From a virus (Duplodnaviria > Caudoviricetes): a stretch of 60,259 nucleotides of DNA. How positions within the stretch are numbered: position 1 is the first letter of the stretch; each line of letters begins with the position of its first letter. The notes beneath the pieces were generated by a model that was not told where the DNA came from, did no database searches, and was given only the letters and a program-made list of their open reading frames with translations. Shown here piece after piece: positions 33,590-42,078 of the stretch. The DNA lies in the IMG/VR virus record IMGVR_UViG_3300044497_000019, positions 1 through 60,259 of that record. The stretch is one strand, 5' to 3'. Position numbers and translations under genes: made by a program.

Positions 33590-34350
33590 CGTGCACGACG
33601 ACGACGACGCACGATGCCGCCGCCGTGCGTGCACGACAGCACGACGACGCACGACGCGACGGCGAACGTGCACGCACGACGCACGACGACACGCACGACG
33701 ACACGCACGACGACACGCACGACGACACGCACGACGACACGCACGACGACACGCACGACGACACGCACGACGACACGCACGAGCAACGCATGAGGGAAAG
33801 TAGTAGCCGGGTACGCTTTCACTACTTGGGTACTACCCTGACGCACGACACGAGCGACGCCCACCCGACCGATAGCGGTTTCCCGACGTTCTGGGGCGGC
33901 GTAGGCGGCTTCCCCACCCCTCCCCGCTGTACACGTAGCTGGGAGGCTCTAAAGCCGCCAGCGACGCTCCCAGACGCGTTTCCCAGCGTTCCCGTGTCTG
34001 GGATAGTCGGGAGAGCGGGTTTTTGACGCTCGCCAGACGCTCCCAGACGCTCGCCAGCGGCTTTCCCGCGACGACACGCACGAGAGCAGCACGCACACGG
34101 GAGAGCCGCCAGCGACGCTCTCACGACGACGCACGAGTGCACGCACGAGCGACGCACGAGCAGCACGACGACAGCACGGCAGCACGAGAGCAGCACACGA
34201 CGACGCACGACGACGCACACGAGCGACAGCACGAGAGCAGCACACGCACACGACGACGCACGAACGCCCGCCAGCGACGCTCCCAGACGGCGTACGACGC
34301 GAAAGGATCGCACGGCGACGCCGCGACGACGCACAACACAAGAGCAACAC
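33590..34350 (+). repeat. T-poor non-coding region with about 25 co-oriented GCACGA motifs and CGCCAGCGACGCTCCCAG repeats
   Basis: Motifs counted by eye; 18-mer at 33956-33973 and 34269-34286, 14-nt partial at 34107-34120. Confidence 0.85.
33681..33782 (+). repeat. Perfect tandem repeat GCACGACGACAC x8.5
   Basis: Eight full 12-bp units plus GCACGA, read directly. Confidence 0.95.
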
Positions 34351-34359
34351 ACCATAGGG

Positions 34360-34410
34360 CCAAGTTACTTCGGGAGAGGGGATGAAATGCGGGGACCGCG
34401 CGACGGAGCT
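34360..34410 (+). other. Possible cos/packaging-site region
   Basis: AAGTTACTT...ATGCGGGGACCGCGCG loosely resembles lambda cosQ-cosN spacing; genome encodes a GpA terminase. Confidence 0.2.
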
Positions 34411-34527
34411 TGTTCCCCATATTCCATCCGTTCCTAATCCCGCTTGCGTAGCCTTCGAACGCATCCGTAGGGTGGGACGGAACCCGATTTGTTGATAGGG
34501 TCTCCGCAGGAACGGGAGCAAACAAAC

Positions 34528-35112
34528 GTGCAGATCGCCGGATCGCTTGCAGCGTCGCCGAATGTCGAGAGCATCGAGGTATGGCCCATCGACCGACCGC
34601 GCGACAGCGCCGCCAACGCGCGCGTGCATCCAGACAAACAAATTTTGGAACTGCGATCCTCGCTCCGCGAATACGGACAGGTGTGGCCCATCCTCGTTCG
34701 CGAGGACGACGAAATCATCGCCGGTCATGGGCGGCGCGTTGCGGCGAAGCTGGAGGGCTTCACCGAAATCAAGGTGCTGGTTGCGCGCGGCTGGACCGAA
34801 CAGCAATGCCGTGCCTTCGCGCTGCTCGACAATCGCATTCCGCTCAACGCGGATTGGGATGCTGCCAAGCTGGCGAAGGAACTGGCATCGCTCCGCGACG
34901 ACGGCGTGAAATTGTTGGACATCGGTTTCAGCAAGGGCGATCTTGCGCGACTGCTTCCGACAGCGGAGGCGGCGGCGCGACGCGAGGCGGCGATGCAATC
35001 CTTCCAGCCGGTCTATCAGGTGTTGATCGAGTGCGCGGACGAGCACGAGCAATTACGCGTCCTGACAAAGCTGCAAGAGGACGGCATCAATTGCCGCGCG
35101 TTGATCGCATGA
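34528..35112 (+). CDS. ParB/Srx N-terminal domain protein
   Basis: 'NAR.H...QI..L..S..EYG...PILV...IIAGHGR..AA', 'DNR'; GTG start after GGGAG. Confidence 0.85.
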   Translation: MQIAGSLAASPNVESIEVWPIDRPRDSAANARVHPDKQILELRSSLREYGQVWPILVREDDEIIAGHGRRVAAKLEGFTEIKVLVARGWTEQQCRAFALLDNRIPLNADWDAAKLAKELASLRDDGVKLLDIGFSKGDLARLLPTAEAAARREAAMQSFQPVYQVLIECADEHEQLRVLTKLQEDGINCRALIA

Positions 35113-36218
35113 GTGCCGTGGTGATCGCGCGCGGCACCGACATCGTGCGGTCGCCTCGTGTCATGCAACTGGAAGGCATGTTCGACATCGCGCCATCGCA
35201 GCGCGCCGACCTGTCGTGGAGTGTTGATCTGCCGCTCGCGGAAAAAGACTGGAGCATCGGGCTGATTGTTGGTCCATCCGGCTGCGGAAAGACCACGATT
35301 GCGCGCGCGCTGTTTCCAGATGCCTACATGAGCGGCTTCGATTGGGACAATTCGCGCGCCGTGGTGGATGGATTTCCGAATGCGATGTCGATCAAGGACG
35401 TGACGCTGTTGCTATCGTCGGTGGGATTTTCCTCGCCGCCTGCGTGGCTGCGTCCGTTCGCGGTGCTGTCGAATGGCGAGCAGTTCCGCGCAACGTTGGC
35501 ACGCGCGCTGGCATCCAAGCCCGACCTGTGCGTGTTCGATGAATTCACGTCGGTCGTTGATCGGACGGTGGGGCGGATCGGGAGTGCGGCGGTCGCAAAG
35601 ACCGTGCGGAGGCGGGGCGGGAAATTCATTGCGGTGACGTGCCACGACGACGTGCTGGAATGGCTCGATCCAGATTGGGTGTACACGCCTGCGGACAATA
35701 CGTTCGCTTGGAGGTCACTTCACGGACGACCTACGATCAATCTCCAAATTGCTCGCGTGCATCGAGCGGCGTGGAAATTATTCGTGCACCATCACTATCT
35801 GACAGCGGAGCTTGCGTCGTCGGCGATTTGCTTTGTGGGATTTGTTGATGAACGTCCGGTGGCGTTCCATTCCTACTTGCCGTTCGTCGGGAGGCTGTCG
35901 CATGGCAGCGCGTGGCGCGGGCATCGTTCGGTCGTGCTGCCCGACTATCAGGGCGTCGGCATCGGCAACAGGATGATCACGACGCTGGCATCCATGTGGA
36001 GCGGTCTCGACAAGCGGGTGTTCAGGAACACGGGGCATCCGGCAGAGGTGGCGGGCGCGATGCGCGATCCGGCGTGGGTACTGACGCGACCGCCGTCGAT
36101 GCGCGCGCGGGACGCTGGCGGGAAAATCAAACACGCGACCAACCGGATGACGGCATCGTTTGAGTACGTCGGTCCCAAGATGGACGCGACGGCGGCGGCG
36201 GCGCTGCTCTCGGCATGA
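35109..36218 (+). CDS. ABC-type ATPase fused to GNAT acetyltransferase
   Basis: Walker A 'GPSGCGKT', signature 'LSNGE', 'DEFTS'; then 'HHYL' and acetyl-CoA motif 'VLPDYQGVGIG'. Confidence 0.85.
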   Translation: MSAVVIARGTDIVRSPRVMQLEGMFDIAPSQRADLSWSVDLPLAEKDWSIGLIVGPSGCGKTTIARALFPDAYMSGFDWDNSRAVVDGFPNAMSIKDVTLLLSSVGFSSPPAWLRPFAVLSNGEQFRATLARALASKPDLCVFDEFTSVVDRTVGRIGSAAVAKTVRRRGGKFIAVTCHDDVLEWLDPDWVYTPADNTFAWRSLHGRPTINLQIARVHRAAWKLFVHHHYLTAELASSAICFVGFVDERPVAFHSYLPFVGRLSHGSAWRGHRSVVLPDYQGVGIGNRMITTLASMWSGLDKRVFRNTGHPAEVAGAMRDPAWVLTRPPSMRARDAGGKIKHATNRMTASFEYVGPKMDATAAAALLSA

Positions 36219-36676
36219 GCGACAGCGTGGATTTTATTTCCTCCGTGCATCGGATACGTCCGATTGATTTTGAACGCGGGCAGCGCGCGGCGTTGATCTG
36301 CGCAGGCAGCGGATTGATGCTGTCGCTCATGGACGCGTGTCCCGATCTGCGGTGGTGCATCGACGTTGATTTGTTGGACGCGGCGGGGCTGGCGCGGATG
36401 CCAGCGTGGGCGACGTGCGTCTCCAACGTCACCGATCTGGTCGTGGTCGCCGGATGGTACTGCTCGACCAATCCGGTGCCGCTGGCGACCGCTGCACGTT
36501 CGCTGCGGCGCGGAACGCTGGCGTGCTACGTGCAATGCCGGGGCGTCGGCGGCGATCCGTTCGTGCCGCTGCGCACGTCGGAGACGCTGGAGGAACTGGT
36601 GGAGGAAGTGAACCGCCGCCTGCGAAACCAAAAAAATGGCCCGCTCCCGCACGACGTGTGCGGAAGCGGGCCATAG
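36215..36676 (+). CDS. Hypothetical protein
   Basis: ATGA overlap with the ATPase-GNAT gene. Confidence 0.5.
   Translation: MSDSVDFISSVHRIRPIDFERGQRAALICAGSGLMLSLMDACPDLRWCIDVDLLDAAGLARMPAWATCVSNVTDLVVVAGWYCSTNPVPLATAARSLRRGTLACYVQCRGVGGDPFVPLRTSETLEELVEEVNRRLRNQKNGPLPHDVCGSGP
36630..36674 (-). terminator. Intrinsic terminator for leftward early operon
   Basis: Long hairpin ATGGCCCGCT..CCGCAC/GTGCGG..AGCGGGCCAT followed by T7 on minus strand. Confidence 0.7.
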
Positions 36677-36835
36677 GATCAGTGACGCGGTGGCGACTGT
36701 TGAAGTTTCATGATCGCGTCGCGAAGGATCGTGGCGACGGAGAACAGTTCATCGACAGTCGGTTTTTTGTTCGCACGAGGCTGACCGGGTAGGTACTGAC
36801 CGATGGTGCCAAGTGCGGCGCGGAGCAGATCAACA

Positions 36836-37960
36836 TCATGCTGATCCATCTGTTCGCTCCCTTTCTGTCGTCACGCGGTAGTCGTGCGTCACCATTCCCA
36901 GCGACGCGTCGCCACGCTCGTGCGGCGGGATGTGGATTTTCATCCCGCGACACAGGCGGCACGTCAGGTGCGCATCGTCAGTGGCAACGTAGTCGTGCGG
37001 GCACATCGGGTCTGGCGGGTGTCGCCAGTCGATGCGCCAGTGACCGCGCACCTCGTGTGCCTTGCGGCGCGCGGCGGCGATCACCTTGCGCGCCACCTTG
37101 CGGTATTCGCTCGCCGGGATGGTGAGCGTCAACGTTCGATGGTCGAGGTATTTTTTGTAGCTGCCTCGACCGATGAAACCTTTCGACGCGACGACATCGC
37201 GAAAGGCGAGCGGCAGATCATTGAGCGTCGAGAGCAGCGCGAACACGCGACGCATGACGCCGGTCCATTCGCGGAGCAGCGTCACCATCGTGTGTGTCAG
37301 GTCCATCGACCTGAACAGCGGGTTGCTGGCGATCCCAATCCGGTCGCTCTTGTAACCCATGATGCCGGTGGCGATTTCGCTCATGCTCGTGGAGCCGCCG
37401 GGTAGTTCAAACGGAGCGCGCCACGGCACGACGGCATCGTCTGTTACCCACGCGAAGGAAATCGGGAAGGTCCAGACATCGTTGCCGTCGCCAGCGTCGA
37501 TGGTTTCGTTGCGCGAAAAGATCGACAGCATCGCGGCGGTTGGAATGCCGGGGTGCTGTTCTAACAACCAACCTTCGGTCTGCGGCACGTCGTGCGGATT
37601 GAATTCGCGTCCCAGCATTGCGTTCGATGCGCGCATGGCGGGGTGGAGCGGATATTCAAACCACGTGATCGGGAACGGCAGGCGGGACTGGATGCGTAGC
37701 TGCTCGACCTTGCGAGAGTGGACGCGCACATTTTTTTCGTAGTTGCGCTCTCGATCCTCCAAGCTCTCGCCGCGTTCGCGTGTGAAGGCGGCGGTGGCAA
37801 GCTCGCCGCCCAGCATCGTCGCCATCCCTTCATCGAGGACGAACCGGCGGGCGCGTTTGAGGACATCGCGCACCCGTTCGTTGTTGTTCCACGACATCAT
37901 CGGTTTGTTGCTGAATGATGCGCGGTACAGGTGGTCGATCAACGTCGGAGGCGTTTTCAT
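36836..37960 (-). CDS. Hypothetical phage protein with HxVRGHW motif
   Basis: 'RLPF..TW.E', 'AHEVRGHWR', 'RGDA..G.V'; paralog of 19401-20399. Confidence 0.7.
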   Translation of the reverse strand: MKTPPTLIDHLYRASFSNKPMMSWNNNERVRDVLKRARRFVLDEGMATMLGGELATAAFTRERGESLEDRERNYEKNVRVHSRKVEQLRIQSRLPFPITWFEYPLHPAMRASNAMLGREFNPHDVPQTEGWLLEQHPGIPTAAMLSIFSRNETIDAGDGNDVWTFPISFAWVTDDAVVPWRAPFELPGGSTSMSEIATGIMGYKSDRIGIASNPLFRSMDLTHTMVTLLREWTGVMRRVFALLSTLNDLPLAFRDVVASKGFIGRGSYKKYLDHRTLTLTIPASEYRKVARKVIAAARRKAHEVRGHWRIDWRHPPDPMCPHDYVATDDAHLTCRLCRGMKIHIPPHERGDASLGMVTHDYRVTTERERTDGSA

Positions 37961-38157
37961 TTCGCGTCCTCCGCTGCTTTCACTTCCGCGTTGAGCAGCG
38001 CCGCGATCTGCAACGCCTCTCCCCGATTGGCGACGAACCGAATGAGGTGGTCGGTCGTGCGCTCGTGACGGATGACGACCCAGCCCGTGTGCGGCTGAAA
38101 TTCCGAGACACGCGGAACGTTGTTCGCGTGCTCGACGGTGTAGTGATTTCGCATCAT
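37957..38157 (-). CDS. Hypothetical protein
   Basis: Coupled ORF, GGAGG RBS. Confidence 0.55.
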   Translation of the reverse strand: MMRNHYTVEHANNVPRVSEFQPHTGWVVIRHERTTDHLIRFVANRGEALQIAALLNAEVKAAEDAK

Positions 38158-38363
38158 CGCCGCCCTCCGTTGCTGGAGGGTGTGGTAACGATGCGACGCC
38201 CGGTGGCGGCGTCGTAGGTCGTCGTGGTTCCTTGACTGTCGGTCGTCGTGCGTGTGACGGCGCGACCGTCAGGTCCGTAGGTCGTACGCTGTTGCGCGCG
38301 TGCCGTGACGACAAGCGCGAGCAACACGGCGGCGAGGATCGCCGCTTCCTGTAGTGCCTTCAT
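38154..38363 (-). CDS. Small exported protein
   Basis: Signal-peptide-like N-terminus with ARA cleavage site; repeated 'TTY..xGR' motif; GAAAGGA RBS. Confidence 0.6.
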   Translation of the reverse strand: MKALQEAAILAAVLLALVVTARAQQRTTYGPDGRAVTRTTTDSQGTTTTYDAATGRRIVTTPSSNGGRR

Positions 38364-38386
38364 GGTGATTTTCCTTTCGAGGATTT

Positions 38387-38737
38387 TCAGAGTGCGGATG
38401 CGATGCGCGCGGCGCGGGCGGCGGCACTGAATTTTTGATAGGTGCCGAGACGTTTGTTCGCCACGATGTCGTACACGTAGAACAGCACGCCGATCTGGCG
38501 GACTGCGAAGCGCGACGCGTCGATGTTGGTCGGCTCGCGCCTCGCGCCGATCAGGATGTGTTTCGCCGACGCGCGGATTTGCGCGGGCACGTCGCGAGGT
38601 TGGCAGAGAACGTCAGCACCTCGCGTGTCGGCGGGCATCACGGAGTAGTTGATCTTGCGTGATCCCTTGCGCGCACGCTCTGCGATGAACGTGCGCCGCG
38701 TGGCGATGTCGGTCGCCATGAGGTAGATGTTGCTCAT
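38387..38737 (-). CDS. Hypothetical protein
   Basis: Coupled ORF. Confidence 0.55.
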   Translation of the reverse strand: MSNIYLMATDIATRRTFIAERARKGSRKINYSVMPADTRGADVLCQPRDVPAQIRASAKHILIGARREPTNIDASRFAVRQIGVLFYVYDIVANKRLGTYQKFSAAARAARIASAL

Positions 38738-38982
38738 GACATCAATTCCCCGAAGTGCGTTTCGATCAGGTGTTCCAGATGCCAGCGCGGCTCGCTGTCG
38801 TTCGCGCCGACCGCGCTGTAGGTTTCCATCACCTTGTGCACGTGCAGCATGGCGGCGAGTGCACGGTCGCGGCTGGGCTTTTCAGGCGACAGTCGGATTG
38901 CTTGCTGCCACGCCGCGTCGAGTGCGGCGGTGGCAGTCGCGTACAGAGGATGATCCTCGTACAATTCCCATTTGTTGCTCAT
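38734..38982 (-). CDS. Hypothetical protein
   Basis: CACGAAAGGAAACATCATG start. Confidence 0.65.
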   Translation of the reverse strand: MSNKWELYEDHPLYATATAALDAAWQQAIRLSPEKPSRDRALAAMLHVHKVMETYSAVGANDSEPRWHLEHLIETHFGELMS

Positions 38983-39070
38983 GATGTTTCCTTTCGTGAG
39001 CGGGGTTAGCAACGCTCGTGGCGTTGCGTGCTGCGCACCCATCGCACGGGTGCGCAGATGCGCAGCGTCA
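38983..39070 (-). promoter_or_regulatory. Conserved intergenic stem-loop + RBS element (copy A)
   Basis: Stem CTGCGCACCC/GGGTGCGCAG, loop GTGCGAT (minus strand). Confidence 0.75.
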
Positions 39071-39448
39071 GGCAGCGTCGCGCCTGCGGAGCAGACGCAC
39101 GGTGCTGGTGAACAGACCCAGCTTGCCGTTCATCGGAACGGGGATGCACGCTCGCGGATTGGCGAGCACCCATCCGAACGGACCAACAAAGTAGGGCGAC
39201 GGGTGTTGCTCCACGATGTCGATCAAATCAACGACGCCGATTGCAGCGCCGTACACGAGCGACGACGTGTCGAGCGTGATGCCGAAGCGTGCGAGGATGT
39301 CGGCGTCGCGGTCGAGCTTGCGACCGGCGTGGATCAACAGCGGTCCACGATAGTCGGTTTTCCACGAGCGATTTTCGATTGTCTTGTTGCCGTCGATTAT
39401 CAGATGCGCCCACGGCTGTTGGATCGTCAGGGTTTTTATGGGCTTCAT
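39068..39448 (-). CDS. ASCH domain protein
   Basis: 'LTIQQPWA.LI..G.K.IENRSW.T.YRGPLLIHAG'. Confidence 0.9.
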   Translation of the reverse strand: MKPIKTLTIQQPWAHLIIDGNKTIENRSWKTDYRGPLLIHAGRKLDRDADILARFGITLDTSSLVYGAAIGVVDLIDIVEQHPSPYFVGPFGWVLANPRACIPVPMNGKLGLFTSTVRLLRRRDAA

Positions 39449-39660
39449 TTCACCCTCCTGATTTTCGCGACAGCATCGGGCGTCATGCCGTTGAGGACCA
39501 TCGCGCGCAACAGCATCGCCGTTGCGTGCGGGATCGGATGCGCGTTTGATTTCCAGCGACGCGATGTCGTGTCGCTGACATCGAGGAAGCGCGCCGCGCC
39601 CACTTGCGTGAGAGCGAGGCGACCGATGGCGCGTTCGTATTCCTTGCCGTCCATTTTCAT
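39445..39660 (-). CDS. Small HTH DNA-binding protein
   Basis: 'LTQ..AARFL.VS..T.RRW.....IP'. Confidence 0.75.
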   Translation of the reverse strand: MKMDGKEYERAIGRLALTQVGAARFLDVSDTTSRRWKSNAHPIPHATAMLLRAMVLNGMTPDAVAKIRRVK

Positions 39661-39881
39661 GGGTGCTCCGTTGGGTAGATTTCGCAGTTGAACCAGTTCA
39701 CTTGCGGAAACGCTTCCGCGTTGCCGGTCTCGGTCGCGCGCTGTTGACGGTAGCGGTTCTCGTGCAGCGCGCACGACAGGCACAGGATAAGATTTGCGCC
39801 GCCGCCCAATGGGAACAATCGCACGACGCCGTTCGGCATCGCGCACTTGTCGCCATCGCAGTTCCAATTTTTGTTGCTCAT
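39657..39881 (-). CDS. Hypothetical Cys-containing protein
   Basis: GAAAGG RBS; 'NCDG..C', 'LC.SC...E'. Confidence 0.6.
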   Translation of the reverse strand: MSNKNWNCDGDKCAMPNGVVRLFPLGGGANLILCLSCALHENRYRQQRATETGNAEAFPQVNWFNCEIYPTEHP

Positions 39882-40045
39882 GTCATCGCCCTTTCAGCGA
39901 CCGCCTTCGCCTCCAGTCGGCTCACGAACGAGCCGGGGAGACGCAGGCGGATTTCAAGAGTGCGCCCCACTTTCGTGATGCGCGTGATGACCCATCGCCT
40001 TCCGGCGCGCGTCACCTTGTGTTGCTCGCGGAGGACGCGTCTCAT
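39878..40045 (-). CDS. Hypothetical protein
   Basis: GGAGG RBS, coupled. Confidence 0.5.
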   Translation of the reverse strand: MRRVLREQHKVTRAGRRWVITRITKVGRTLEIRLRLPGSFVSRLEAKAVAERAMT

Positions 40046-40383
40046 TGTGCGTCCTCCGTCTGCTCGTGATCGGACCAGTAACCGAAGTCCGACCCGTCGC
40101 CTTCGTGCGCACCGAACCACAGACCCTCAAGGGCAGCGATCAGGTTGAGGCGGTCGATGACATCGCACAACACGGCGCACGCGATTTCGTGATCCGTATC
40201 CTTCGCGTCGGCGCGGTCGATGATTTCGGCGTTCTGCAACGCCTCTGCGGCGAGCGGTTCACCCGGAGCGACGCGCAGCAATTCTGCACCCAGCGCGCGG
40301 AGCAAATCTACCGCGCGCCCGGTTCCGTGTATGACAGTGCCGACGCTGATTGCGCCGCCTGTCGTGTAGGTTTTGTTGCTCAT
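40042..40383 (-). CDS. Conserved hypothetical phage protein
   Basis: 'GTV.HGT', 'FGAHEGDGSDFGYW'; strong RBS. Confidence 0.7.
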   Translation of the reverse strand: MSNKTYTTGGAISVGTVIHGTGRAVDLLRALGAELLRVAPGEPLAAEALQNAEIIDRADAKDTDHEIACAVLCDVIDRLNLIAALEGLWFGAHEGDGSDFGYWSDHEQTEDAQ

Positions 40384-40471
40384 GATTTTTCCTTTCAATG
40401 AGCGGAGTGAAACACCGGATGGCGTTTCGTGCTGCGCTGTCATCGCACGACAGCGCAGAGGCGAAGCGTCA
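40384..40471 (-). promoter_or_regulatory. Conserved intergenic stem-loop + RBS element (copy B)
   Basis: Stem CTGCGCTGTC/GACAGCGCAG, loop GTGCGAT. Confidence 0.75.
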
Positions 40472-42019
40472 GTACACGCCGACATCAATGCCGCGCGCGC
40501 CCCACGGGGCACGTTCGATCAATGACGCGACGGCAACGGAATTGCTTCCGTACACGGCGAACAGAACGGGGCACGCAGGAAGCGGACCCGCGTCGCCGAT
40601 GTGCAGATCGGTGAAGTTGATGATGCACGACGCGTCGTCGTGGAATTCGGCAGCGTAGGCGAACAGCGGCTTCATATCGGTGCCGCCACCGCCGCGCGGA
40701 TCAAACTCCATCTGGTCGCCGGTCGTGTATTCATCGACACGGGTGACGCGCGTGTCACCGTAGACGACGACGACGTGATCAATGATCCCGTCATCTAGCA
40801 TCGCCTGCGCCTCGACATTGATGCAGGCGAGAGCACGATCATCCATCGACCCGGAAGTGTCGATCAGGAACACCGCTTTGTTGATGCCGTCTTTTTGCGA
40901 CGACGGCAAAATCAAACCGCTGTGGGCGAAGCGGCGGTTTGGTCGGTTCCAAGTCTCGATGCGCAACGCGCCTTCCTCGCAGAATTCGCGAAGCTCGTCC
41001 CGCCAGTCGCGAGGCGGATTGTTCGCGCGTTCGATTTCACGCGACACATGGCCCGGCAGTTCTCCGACTGCCTTCGCCATCGACGCTGCGATGCGCACGA
41101 TCCGATCCCACTCGGCATCCTGTGCCGCGATGTCGCCACCGTCAGCGGGGTTGCCTTCGTCGTCGGTCGCGTCGAGCACGTCGCCCCACGAACGCGGGTC
41201 GCCGCTCGCACCCGTCATCGGCGCGTCGTCGTCGTCGCTGCTCCCAGCGTCACCGCCGCCGCCCTTCCCAGCGTCGCCGGTCTCGCCGTCGCCTTCGCCG
41301 CTTCCGTTGCCAGCGTCAGTGTCAGCCTCGCCGTCGTCGCCTTTCCCATCGCCGCTGTCGGCGTCGTCGCCAGCGTCGCTGTCGTCGTCGCTGGCGGCTT
41401 CGTCGTCGCCGTCGCTCTCACTGTCGCTGTCGTCGTCGCTCTCGCCAGCGTCGCTCTCTGTGTCGCCGTCGTCGCTCGTGTCGTCGTCGGCAGCGTCGTC
41501 GCCGGGATCGCTGTCGGCGTTGTCGTCGTCGCTGTCATCCTTGTCGTCGTCGTCGCTCTCACCCGGCTGGGGCGGTGGCGGCGGCGGCGGGCGTCGCTCC
41601 AGTTCACGCATACGGTAGATGTCCTCTGCGGACATGCCCCGGTATTTCGCATCAATGTACCCGTCTGGCGGAAGCTCAAAGCCTTCGTCAATCAGGTCGA
41701 TGTTGATCGCCAGATCACACGCGATGTTCCACTCCTTCGGATCGCGTCCGTTGCGACGCGTCGAGTGGCGGCGCGCGTCGTGTTCGCTCTCGTGAGCTTG
41801 CAGCCCCAGCATCTGCTTGGGCGTCAGCGGCAGAATGAAATCAGGATTGCAGTAGTGACGACGACCATCGGTCGCCATCGTCGGCACTTTGTTTGATACG
41901 ACCGGCTCAACGTTCGACACGAGCACGGCATAAAACCGGCGCTTCACAATCAGTTCGGCGCGGGCATTCATCACGCGGCGCATCGTCTCGGCGTCGCGGT
42001 CGATTTGTTGGTCGCTCAT
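40469..42019 (-). CDS. Metallopeptidase-like + VWA domain protein (DUF2201 type) with acidic linker
   Basis: 'TMATDG', 'HESEH', 'WNIACD.AIN', MIDAS 'DTSGSM', 'GGGGTD', 'FTD'. Confidence 0.85.
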   Translation of the reverse strand: MSDQQIDRDAETMRRVMNARAELIVKRRFYAVLVSNVEPVVSNKVPTMATDGRRHYCNPDFILPLTPKQMLGLQAHESEHDARRHSTRRNGRDPKEWNIACDLAINIDLIDEGFELPPDGYIDAKYRGMSAEDIYRMRELERRPPPPPPPQPGESDDDDKDDSDDDNADSDPGDDAADDDTSDDGDTESDAGESDDDSDSESDGDDEAASDDDSDAGDDADSGDGKGDDGEADTDAGNGSGEGDGETGDAGKGGGGDAGSSDDDDAPMTGASGDPRSWGDVLDATDDEGNPADGGDIAAQDAEWDRIVRIAASMAKAVGELPGHVSREIERANNPPRDWRDELREFCEEGALRIETWNRPNRRFAHSGLILPSSQKDGINKAVFLIDTSGSMDDRALACINVEAQAMLDDGIIDHVVVVYGDTRVTRVDEYTTGDQMEFDPRGGGGTDMKPLFAYAAEFHDDASCIINFTDLHIGDAGPLPACPVLFAVYGSNSVAVASLIERAPWGARGIDVGVY

Positions 42020-42078
42020 GATGTTTCCTTTCGTGAGCATGGGGAAGCCCCGACGCGGGATGCGTCGGGGCATTGATG

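Noticed and set aside
33681-33782. CRISPR array
   Set aside because: 12-bp units are directly adjacent with no spacers, and there are no cas genes
32929-34385. ORFs encoding (THDD)n, (RVVV)n, (SSCV)n
   Set aside because: Frames stay open because the T-poor repeat lacks stop codons; no RBS or coding signal
35109-36218. ABC transporter
   Set aside because: No permease nearby; the ATPase is fused to a GNAT domain
40782-41896. Long plus-strand Ser-, Val- or Arg-rich ORFs (similar ones at 55361-57316 and 4107-4844)
   Set aside because: Alternate-frame shadows of low-complexity coding regions in GC-rich DNA
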